Shown: positions 32,552-39,467 of the stretch, piece after piece
How the letters are laid out: every line of letters starts with the position of its first letter
Numbering within the stretch: position 1 is the stretch's first letter
NCBI GenBank assembly: GCA_035576905.1
Contig: DATLWA010000034.1
Coordinates: 1-41,546, forward strand
DNA: 41,546 nucleotides
Reading direction: 5' to 3'
Origin: Gemmatimonadales bacterium
GTDB taxonomy: Bacteria; Gemmatimonadota; Gemmatimonadetes; Gemmatimonadales; GWC2-71-9
The notes under the pieces: model-generated
Seen by the model: the letters and a program-made list of their open reading frames with translations, nothing else
Told to the model about the DNA's origin: nothing
The model's database searches: none
Position numbers and translations under genes: made by a program

Positions 32552-34174
32552 ATGACCTCCAAGATCCCCCAGCCAGTCAACGAGCCGATCCTCTCATACG
32601 CGCCCGGCACCGCCGAGCGCGCCCAGCTCAAGCAGACCCTCCGCGACCTCTCCGGGCGCCAGATCGAGATCCCCCTCGTGATCGGCGGCAAGGAAGTGCG
32701 GACGGGCAAGACCGTCGACGCCGTGATGCCGCACTGCCACCACCACGTACTCGCCAAGATTCATCAGGCGGGGGCAAAGGAGATCGAGGCCGCAGTCGCA
32801 GCGGCGCGCACTGCCTGGGCGGAATGGTCGGGCTGGACGCTGGAGCGCCGCGCGGCGGTCTTCCTCAAGGCTGCCGATCTGCTGGCGACCCGGCACCGCG
32901 CGCCCGTGAACGCGGCCACCATGCTGGGCCAGTCGAAGACGGCCCACCAGGCGGAGATCGATGCGGCGTGCGAGCTGATCGACTTCTGGCGGTTCAATCT
33001 CCACTACGCCGAGCGCCTCGATGCCGAGCAGCCGCTGTCGCCCGCCGGCCAATGGAACGCCTTGGAATACCGCCCGCTCGAGGGGTTCGTCTACGCCATC
33101 ACGCCGTTCAACTTCACGTCCATCGGCGGCAATCTCCCCAGCGCGCCCGCGATCATGGGGTGCACGGTCGTGTGGAAGCCCGCCGGCACGGCGGCGTATT
33201 CGAACTACTTCATCCTCAAGGTGCTGGAAGAGGCGGGGCTGCCGCCCGGCGTCATCAACTTCATCCCCGGCCCCGCGGCGCAGGTCTCGGAGATCGTGCT
33301 GAACCACCCGCGGCTCGGCGGCATCCACTTCACCGGATCGACCGAGGTGTTCCAGGCGCTGTGGCAGCAGGTCGGAACGAACCTCCCCAAGTACGCCGAC
33401 TACCCGCGCCTGGTGGGCGAGACCGGCGGCAAGGATTTCATCCTGGCGCACCCCAGCGCGGACGCCGCGGCGCTCGCCGCGGCCATCGTCCGCGGGGCGT
33501 ACGAATACCAGGGCCAGAAGTGCAGCGCCGCGTCGCGCGCCTACGTGCCCGCCAACCTCTGGCCCCAGGTCAAGGAGCGCGTCATCGACATGCTGGGGTC
33601 GGTGAAGGTTGGTGATATCACGGACTTCCGGAACTTCATGGGAGCCGTAATCGACAAGCGCGCCTTCGACAAGATCAAGGGTTATATCGACGGCGCCAAG
33701 AAAGCGAGCGGCGTGCAGGTCCTGTTCGGCGGCGGCTGCGACGACGCGGACGGCTATTTCATCCAGCCGACGCTGCTGCAGGTCGACGACCCCAATTACC
33801 GCACGATGTGCGAAGAAATCTTCGGGCCCGTGCTCACGCTCCACGTCTATCCCGAGAAGCAGTGGACGGAGACGCTGGCGCTGGTGGACCGCACCTCGCC
33901 GTACGCGCTCACCGGCGCCGTGTTCTCGCAGGATCGCGCCGCGGTGGCCGAGGCACAGCGCGTGCTGCGCTATGCGGCGGGCAATTTCTACGTCAACGAC
34001 AAACCGACCGGCGCCGTGGTGGGCCAGCAGCCGTTCGGCGGCGCGCGCGCCAGCGGCACCAACGACAAGGCGGGCTCGCTCTTCAATTTGATCCGCTGGA
34101 CGTCGCCGCGCACCATCAAGGAGAACTTCGTGCCGCCGCGCGACTTCACTTACCCGTTCATGGCGGAGCAGTGA
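32552..34174 (+). CDS. pruA: L-glutamate gamma-semialdehyde (1-pyrroline-5-carboxylate) dehydrogenase
   Basis: 540 aa. The N-terminus (PQPVNEPILSYAPGTAERAQL) is typical of long PruA proteins. Aldehyde dehydrogenase motifs are present: VWKPA, GETGGKDF and the catalytic Cys in YQGQKCSAASRAYV. Confidence 0.9.
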   Translation: MTSKIPQPVNEPILSYAPGTAERAQLKQTLRDLSGRQIEIPLVIGGKEVRTGKTVDAVMPHCHHHVLAKIHQAGAKEIEAAVAAARTAWAEWSGWTLERRAAVFLKAADLLATRHRAPVNAATMLGQSKTAHQAEIDAACELIDFWRFNLHYAERLDAEQPLSPAGQWNALEYRPLEGFVYAITPFNFTSIGGNLPSAPAIMGCTVVWKPAGTAAYSNYFILKVLEEAGLPPGVINFIPGPAAQVSEIVLNHPRLGGIHFTGSTEVFQALWQQVGTNLPKYADYPRLVGETGGKDFILAHPSADAAALAAAIVRGAYEYQGQKCSAASRAYVPANLWPQVKERVIDMLGSVKVGDITDFRNFMGAVIDKRAFDKIKGYIDGAKKASGVQVLFGGGCDDADGYFIQPTLLQVDDPNYRTMCEEIFGPVLTLHVYPEKQWTETLALVDRTSPYALTGAVFSQDRAAVAEAQRVLRYAAGNFYVNDKPTGAVVGQQPFGGARASGTNDKAGSLFNLIRWTSPRTIKENFVPPRDFTYPFMAEQ

Positions 34175-34773
34175 GCCCGGCGGCGGGCGCCGCCCGCCCG
34201 CCGATTCTGCTGTGGGTGCTGGCCGCCGCATTCGTCCTGCTCATCGCGGCGATTCTGATCGGTGCGCTCGCCAAACCGGAATTTCCGCCCTACGCCCTCA
34301 GCGTGGCGCGCCCCGCGCCCGTAGGCGATTCGCTCGTCGGTCCCGCCACCTACACGCTCGACGCTTCGGACGGGGACCGCTGGCTGACGTTCGACTTCGC
34401 GCGCAACGCCGTTGTGACCGACGGCAAGTGGGACCTCGCGTTCCGCCGCTTCCGCCTCATCGCGAGCCCGGGTGCGGGCATCGCCGACCTGGGGCCGGTG
34501 CCGTTCGATTCGGTGCGCGAGTTGCCCGACACGGGCTATCGCGCCAACCTGACGGGGCCCGATACGGTGAATCCCGGAGTGGGGAAGTGGTACGAATACT
34601 CCATGCTCAGCCACCTGCTCACATCGAAGGGGCATGTCTACGCGGTGCGCACGGCCGGCGGTCGCTATGCCAAGCTCGCGCTCCTCGCCTACTACTGTAA
34701 GGATGTGGGCACCGCGTGCGTGACCTTCCGGTACGCCTACAACGGAGCCGGATCGCGCCGGGTGGGAAAGTGA
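34171..34773 (+). CDS. Membrane-anchored HmuY-like protein (function unknown)
   Basis: GTG at 34171 overlaps the pruA stop (GTGA). The N-terminal TM helix is ILLWVLAAAFVLLIAAILIGAL. The blocks WDLAFRRFRLI and HVYAVRTAGGRYAKLALLAYY...VTFRYAY match my recollection of the HmuY-like family profile. Confidence 0.5.
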   Translation: MSPAAGAARPPILLWVLAAAFVLLIAAILIGALAKPEFPPYALSVARPAPVGDSLVGPATYTLDASDGDRWLTFDFARNAVVTDGKWDLAFRRFRLIASPGAGIADLGPVPFDSVRELPDTGYRANLTGPDTVNPGVGKWYEYSMLSHLLTSKGHVYAVRTAGGRYAKLALLAYYCKDVGTACVTFRYAYNGAGSRRVGK

Positions 34774-34774
34774 A

Positions 34775-34802
34775 GACCCCCGGCGGAAGCCCGCCGGGGG
34801 TC
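34775..34802. terminator. Bidirectional hairpin terminator between convergent genes
   Basis: The perfect 12-bp stem GACCCCCGGCGG / CCGCCGGGGGTC has an AAGC loop. It starts 2 nt after the HmuY-like stop and sits 31 nt from the DUF5679 stop. It is the only convergent junction in the window with a spacer. Confidence 0.6.
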
Positions 34803-34833
34803 GCAAGTCGTCGGTGGTCGGTTCCCAGCCTGC

Positions 34834-35010
34834 TTACTTGGACGGCGGCAGAATCTTGAACATCCCCGTCCCGCAGACCGGGCACACGCCCTTCAGAGCC
34901 GGACGGCCGTTCGCCATCTTCACCTGCTGCGCGTTCGAGATCTTGCGCTTCGCCTTGCACTTCACGCAGTAGCCTTCATCGGCGGCCATCGGGGTTTTGC
35001 CCTTCGCCAT
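34834..35010 (-). CDS. DUF5679-type small zinc-ribbon protein
   Basis: ATG at 35010 is preceded by GGAGGA. The 58-aa product is MAKGKTPMAADEGYCVKCKAKRKISNAQQVKMANGRPALKGVCPVCGTGMFKILPPSK, with CxxC...CxxC. Confidence 0.6.
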   Translation of the reverse strand: MAKGKTPMAADEGYCVKCKAKRKISNAQQVKMANGRPALKGVCPVCGTGMFKILPPSK

Positions 35011-35088
35011 GTCGGTCCTCCGTTCGGGGGCACTGGAGCTCGGGCGCAGCAGCCGCCCGGTTTCGGCCACAACTATAATACGGCAAGC

Positions 35089-35319
35089 TCAAACCGTGGG
35101 AGCCGCCGGGGCGTCGGAAAACCCTACCCGCTTGTGGGAACCGTCGCAAAATGGCTTGGTTGCTGAACTTCCGCAGCGGCACAGCTTCACGACCGGGGCC
35201 GGGGACCCGTCTTTCAAGGGCGGAATCGGCAGGTCCCTGCCGTCCGGGCCTACCACCCGGACAGGTCCCTCCACTACGAGCGGGCCGTTCGACTTGGGTG
35301 TAATAATGACGTCGGTCAT
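35089..35319 (-). CDS. CDGSH-type iron-sulfur domain protein
   Basis: ATG at 35319 gives MTDVIITPKSNGPLVVEG. The diagnostic motif is CRCGSSATKPFCDGSH. The product is 76 aa. Confidence 0.8.
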   Translation of the reverse strand: MTDVIITPKSNGPLVVEGPVRVVGPDGRDLPIPPLKDGSPAPVVKLCRCGSSATKPFCDGSHKRVGFSDAPAAPTV

Positions 35320-35803
35320 GGGCCGGAATATACGAGGTTCGCTGATCGCGCTCGCGGTGCTCGTGGCACCGCGCACGGCGGCCGCGCAGGCGGCTGTCGG
35401 GCCCGAGGCGGGCGTGCTCACCGGGTTTGGCGACCATACCACTCAAGTGGGCTGCCGTTTGACGGAGCTGTCGCCGCACGGCGGCGTCGATGTGCTGTTT
35501 GCGACGTTCCCCGAGGCGTTCGGCAGCGGTGGTGTGCCGGTGGCGCTCGACCTCGACGCGACGGTGGCGGTGCCCGTGTTTCCCGGCTTGTTCGTCGCGC
35601 CGCGCGTGGGCGCGGGGTTGGTCGGCGCCGTCGGGTCATCGGGCGGCGGCGGCACGTTCACCGTCAACCTCGGCGTGGGCGTGATCGGCCGCGTGGCAGG
35701 CCCGCTCGCCCTGCGGGCGGACGTGACGGAGCACCGCTTCATCCAGGACATCTCGACGCCGTTTCGCAGTTTCACTGTGGGAGTGACGTGGCTGCTTCGC
35801 TGA
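35306..35803 (+). CDS. Small exported Gly/Ala/Val-rich protein, possibly an 8-stranded outer-membrane beta-barrel
   Basis: The product starts MTSVMGRNIRGSLIALAVLVAPRTAAA|Q. Alternating patterns and Gly-rich turns follow, and the protein ends TVGVTWLLR. The 5' end overlaps the divergent CDGSH start. The alternative ATG at 35318 shares a CATG with it. Confidence 0.45.
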   Translation: MTSVMGRNIRGSLIALAVLVAPRTAAAQAAVGPEAGVLTGFGDHTTQVGCRLTELSPHGGVDVLFATFPEAFGSGGVPVALDLDATVAVPVFPGLFVAPRVGAGLVGAVGSSGGGGTFTVNLGVGVIGRVAGPLALRADVTEHRFIQDISTPFRSFTVGVTWLLR

Positions 35804-37320
35804 ATCGGTTCCGCCGGTCCGTCGTGCTCGTCGTGCTCGCCGGGTGCGTGGCGGAGCGTGGGCCCCTCACCAATCGCATGTCGCAGGCGACCACGCCCTA
35901 TCTCGCGCGTGCGGCGCGCCAGCCGGTGGCGTGGCAGCCATGGGGGCCGGACGTGTTCGCGCTCGCCGCGAAGCTCGACCGCCCGGTGATGCTGTATATC
36001 GGCGCCGACGATTGCCGCTGGTGCGCCGCGATGGACCGGGAAGTGTTCGGCGACCCCGGCGTCGGCGCGATGATCGATTCGCTGTTCGTGCCGGTGCGCG
36101 TGGATCGCGACGAGCGCCCCGACCTGGCGCAGCGCTACCAGGACGCGCTGCAGGCGCTCGCCGGCCTGCGCGGCTATCCCCTCACGTTGTTCCTCACGCC
36201 CGACGGCTCGGCGTTCTTCGGCGGCACGTTCTTCCCGCTGGACGATCCGATCACGGGCCGCGGCCTGCGGCAGCTGTTGCCGGAAGTGGCGCGCAGCTAT
36301 CGCGCGGAGCGTCCCGAGGTGCTGCAGCACGCCGCCCTGGTGCGCCAGATGGGCGTGGCGCGCACGGCCGCGGCGCGCGGCATGCTGCAGCTCAAGGGCG
36401 TGCGCAGCGACATCGCGGCGGTGCGCCAGGCGCTGGCCGCCGCGGCGGCCGCATCGGCGCCCCTCGCGGGATTCCAACCCACGCAGGCCGTGGCGCTGCT
36501 GTTCGCGGAGTACGGCCGCAGCGGCGACACGCTGGCACTCGTCACGGCGCGCGTCGCGCTCGAGCGCCTCGCCGACTCGGGGCTCGTGCTCGCGCCGGGT
36601 GGCCCTACCGACGACCCGCCGGCCGTCGTGCGCGCCGGGCTGCTGCGCGACCTCGCCGCCGGCTGGGCGTTGACCGGTGACCCGCGCTATCGCGAGGCCG
36701 CGGCCACGCTGACCCACACGCTGGTGCGCGACTTCGCGTTGAGCGACCCGCAGTCGCGCTTCGCGGATCGCGACGCGTACGTGCTCGGCGCGGTGCTCGA
36801 GGCCGGCGCGGCCGTGGGCGACACGGCGGCCGAGCGCGGCGCGCGCGCGCAGCTCGACACGCTGTTGACCCGCGTCTACACGCGCGGCCGCGGCGTGCGC
36901 CACGCTCCCCGGGGCTCGGTGCACGGATTGCTGCAGGATCAGGTGCAGGTGGCCGGCGCGGCGCTCGCCGCATACGACGCGGCGGGCGACCGCCGCTATC
37001 TCGACGTCGCGCGCGACCTGGCCGCCGTGCTGGAGCGCGACTTCGCTGATCCGCTGGGCGGCTATTGGGACGAAGCAGCCACGGACCCCGCGGCGCCGGC
37101 GCTCGCCGACCGCACCAAGCAGGTGCTCGACGATCTGCTCCCGGGCGCCAATGCCTGGGCCGCCCGCGTCCTGCTGCAACTCTCCGAGGATACAGGGGAC
37201 GCCCGATATCGCCGGCGCGCCGAGGCGACGCTCGAAGCGTGCGCAGGCGCCGCGCACGGCCAGGGCGCCCGCGCTGCGACGTACCTCGACGCCGCGCGCC
37301 GCGCGTTAGGGCCACGCTGA
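35788..37320 (+). CDS. Lipoprotein with a DUF255 thioredoxin-fold domain plus an alpha/alpha-barrel-like region (YyaL/SSP411-like, shorter than usual)
   Basis: The GTG start at 35788 overlaps the previous gene by 16 nt. The lipobox is VVLVVLAGC. The DUF255 block reads TPYLARAARQPVAWQPWGPDVFALAAKLDRPVMLYIGADDCRWCAAMDREVF...VPVRVDRDERPDL...GYPLTLFLTPDG. Confidence 0.7.
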   Translation: MAASLNRFRRSVVLVVLAGCVAERGPLTNRMSQATTPYLARAARQPVAWQPWGPDVFALAAKLDRPVMLYIGADDCRWCAAMDREVFGDPGVGAMIDSLFVPVRVDRDERPDLAQRYQDALQALAGLRGYPLTLFLTPDGSAFFGGTFFPLDDPITGRGLRQLLPEVARSYRAERPEVLQHAALVRQMGVARTAAARGMLQLKGVRSDIAAVRQALAAAAAASAPLAGFQPTQAVALLFAEYGRSGDTLALVTARVALERLADSGLVLAPGGPTDDPPAVVRAGLLRDLAAGWALTGDPRYREAAATLTHTLVRDFALSDPQSRFADRDAYVLGAVLEAGAAVGDTAAERGARAQLDTLLTRVYTRGRGVRHAPRGSVHGLLQDQVQVAGAALAAYDAAGDRRYLDVARDLAAVLERDFADPLGGYWDEAATDPAAPALADRTKQVLDDLLPGANAWAARVLLQLSEDTGDARYRRRAEATLEACAGAAHGQGARAATYLDAARRALGPR

Positions 37321-37327
37321 TTCCAGC

Positions 37328-37915
37328 GTGACCTCACACCCTTCCGGCAGGTCCTATGTGATGGCGAGCGGCGGGCCCCCCGACGTCGAGGTCGTGGCCC
37401 GGGTGTTGGGTGGGGATGGGGAGGCGTTCGGCATCATCATCCGTCGCTACGAGCCCGGTCTGTTGCGCTTCGCGACGCGGATGCTCGGCCAGCACGACGC
37501 CGCCGCCGACGCCGTCGCCGAAGGGCTGGTGCGGGCGTACCGCCACCTGGCGAGCTGCCGTGATCCGGCGCGACTGCGCACGTGGCTGTATCGCATCGTC
37601 GCGAACCGCTGCAAGAGCCATCTGGCGCGGCGGTCGTCCATGGAAGTGCGGCTCGACGACGCGCCGCCGATCGCGGACCCGTCGGACAGTGAGGCGATGG
37701 TGGAGCGCAACGAGCAGATGGAACGGGTGCAGCGCGCCCTGGCGACGTTGCCGCCCGACAAACGCGAGGCCTTCGTCATGAAGCACGTCGAAGGGCTGAG
37801 CTACGAGGAAATGGCACAGGCGACGGGCGATCGCATCCCGGCGCTGAAAATGCGGGTGCATCGCGCACGTGAGGCGCTGGTGGCCGCGCTGCAAGAGCAT
37901 GAGGAGGTACTATGA
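37328..37915 (+). CDS. ECF-type RNA polymerase sigma-70 family factor
   Basis: Region 2 reads FGIIIRRYEPGLLRFATRML...LRTWLYRIVANRCKSH. Region 4 reads REAFVMKHVEGLSYEEMAQATGDRIPALKMRVHRAREAL. The start is GTG 37328 or ATG 37361. Confidence 0.85.
   Translation: MTSHPSGRSYVMASGGPPDVEVVARVLGGDGEAFGIIIRRYEPGLLRFATRMLGQHDAAADAVAEGLVRAYRHLASCRDPARLRTWLYRIVANRCKSHLARRSSMEVRLDDAPPIADPSDSEAMVERNEQMERVQRALATLPPDKREAFVMKHVEGLSYEEMAQATGDRIPALKMRVHRAREALVAALQEHEEVL
37401..37421 (+). other. Canonical G-quadruplex-forming motif on the sense strand inside the sigma-factor gene
   Basis: GGGTGTTGGGTGGGGATGGGG has four G-runs of at least 3 with loops of 1-4 nt. Confidence 0.4.
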
Positions 37916-38517
37916 CGCACATCGATCCCCGGGTGCACGAGGCGCTGGACGGCGAGCGGCCGCTGGAGTCGCTGCCGCCCGATCTGCGTGCCGAAGCCGA
38001 GCGGCTGCTCGAAGTCGCGGCGTTGCTCGCCGCGGCGCCGGTGGCGGCGAGCGTGGCGACCCGCGTCATGGCACACCTCGCGGAGCCGCGCCCGTCGCGC
38101 CTGCGTCGCGTGCTGCGGTGGGTTGCGCGGCCGCAGGCGGTGACGTTCCACCTGCGCCCGGTGTGGAGTCTCGCGTTGGCGGCGGCCCTGGCGGTGTTCG
38201 CCCTGTTCCCGGGCGGCGGGCCGCTCGAGCTCGGTCCTGAGGAGGGCATCGCGGAGTTCGTGCTGCCCGCCTCCGGCGCGCACTCGGTGCACGTGGCCGG
38301 ATCGTTCAACGACTGGCGCGCCGGCGGCATCGCCCTGGAAGACCGCGATCACGACGGCGTGTGGCGCGCCACCGTCGTCCTTCCGGTCGGCCAGCACGAG
38401 TACATGTTCGTCGTGGACGGCGAGCGCTGGGTGGCGGATCCGAACGCGGGCCGCTACGTCGACGACGACTTCGGACGCGAGAACGCCGTGTTGATCGTGA
38501 GGCGCGCGAGCCGGTGA
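37912..38517 (+). CDS. Single-pass anti-sigma factor with an extracytoplasmic CBM48 / AMPK-beta glycogen-binding-like domain
   Basis: The start forms an ATGA overlap with the sigma stop, with GAGGAGG upstream. The TM helix is VWSLALAAALAVFALFP. The C-terminal domain reads EFVLPASGAHSVHVAGSFNDWRAGGIALEDRDHDGVWRATVVLPVGQHEYMFVVDGERWVADPN...ENAVLIV and follows the GSFNNW...G.H.YKF.VDG.W pattern. There is no zf-HC2 Cys/His motif. Confidence 0.65.
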   Translation: MTHIDPRVHEALDGERPLESLPPDLRAEAERLLEVAALLAAAPVAASVATRVMAHLAEPRPSRLRRVLRWVARPQAVTFHLRPVWSLALAAALAVFALFPGGGPLELGPEEGIAEFVLPASGAHSVHVAGSFNDWRAGGIALEDRDHDGVWRATVVLPVGQHEYMFVVDGERWVADPNAGRYVDDDFGRENAVLIVRRASR

Positions 38518-39164
38518 GACCGCTGCTGTTGCTGGTCTGCGCGGCGCTGCCGCTTTCGGCCCAATCGATCCGCCCGCGCCTCGAAGGGCGTGTGCCGGCG
38601 GAGGTGATTCCCGTCATCGATTCGATCGTGCAGGCGGCGGCGGCCGACAGCCTGCCGACCGAGCCCCTGGTGCAGAAGGCGTTGGAGGGCGGCGCCAAGC
38701 ACGTCTCCGGCGATCGCATCGTCCTCGCCGTGCGGTTGCGCCGCGACCGGCTGGAGGCCGCGCGGGCACTGCTGGTCCGCGCCGGCGACGCCACGCCCGT
38801 CACTCCGCTCAAGGTCACCGCCGTCGCCACGGCACTGTCGCGCGGCGTCCCCGGGCCCACGGTGCAGCGTGTCGTGGCCGGTCTCCCCGGCGAGCCCCAC
38901 GCCGCCGCGCTGCAGGCGGTGGCCGACCTGCTCGCCCACAAGTTCGACCCCGACTCGTCCGCTCAGTTGATTCTCGACGCGGCGCGTCTGGGCGTGCCGC
39001 ACGACCGCTTCCTGGACGTGGCGACCGCGGCGATCCATGAGATGCAGCGGGGCAGCACCCGGGAGGACGCCCTGGCGCGGGTCCGCGCTGGGCTGCCCAA
39101 TCTGCCGCCCCCGGCGCGACCGGCTCCCAAGGCTGTCTCCGACGCCAAGCGGCCGGGGGTGTGA
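38514..39164 (+). CDS. Secreted all-alpha protein of unknown function; third gene of the sigma/anti-sigma unit
   Basis: The GTG start overlaps the anti-sigma stop (GTGA). The signal is VRPLLLLVCAALPLSA|Q. The protein is Ala/Leu/Arg-rich and helical, with a Pro-rich basic tail. Confidence 0.5.
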   Translation: MRPLLLLVCAALPLSAQSIRPRLEGRVPAEVIPVIDSIVQAAAADSLPTEPLVQKALEGGAKHVSGDRIVLAVRLRRDRLEAARALLVRAGDATPVTPLKVTAVATALSRGVPGPTVQRVVAGLPGEPHAAALQAVADLLAHKFDPDSSAQLILDAARLGVPHDRFLDVATAAIHEMQRGSTREDALARVRAGLPNLPPPARPAPKAVSDAKRPGV

Positions 39165-39165
39165 C

Positions 39166-39184
39166 GGGTGGGGGGATGGGTGGG
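39166..39184 (+). other. Canonical G-quadruplex-forming motif in the intra-operon spacer
   Basis: GGGTGGGGGGATGGGTGGG has four G-runs with 1-2-nt loops. It starts 2 nt after the TGA at 39162-39164 and lies 62 nt upstream of the next ATG. Confidence 0.4.
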
Positions 39185-39245
39185 TCTCTGGACTGCAGCG
39201 GACCAGTGGGGTCCGCGGCTCAACACACTCCGGAGGAACACCGCA

Positions 39246-39467
39246 ATGATCCGTCGCACCCTGTTGACGCTCGCGTTGGTCGCAGTCCCGGCACTCGCCG
39301 TGGCGCAGCAGCCCACGCAGGCGCCGGCGCAGCAGCCCATGGCGCAGGCCCCGGCGCAGGACAGCACCAAGGCGAAGCCGAAGGCCAAGCCGGCCGCCAA
39401 GAAGCCCGTGCATCGCGCCGCGAAGAAGCCCGCCGCGGCTCCCCGCGACACGACCAAGAAGCCGTAA
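39246..39467 (+). CDS. Small secreted, basic Lys/Ala/Pro/Gln-rich low-complexity protein (signal peptide plus a disordered tail only)
   Basis: ATG at 39246 is preceded by GGAGGA. The product is MIRRTLLTLALVAVPALAVA|QQPTQAPAQQPMAQAPAQDSTKAKPKAKPAAKKPVHRAAKKPAAAPRDTTKKP, 73 aa. Confidence 0.5.
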   Translation: MIRRTLLTLALVAVPALAVAQQPTQAPAQQPMAQAPAQDSTKAKPKAKPAAKKPVHRAAKKPAAAPRDTTKKP

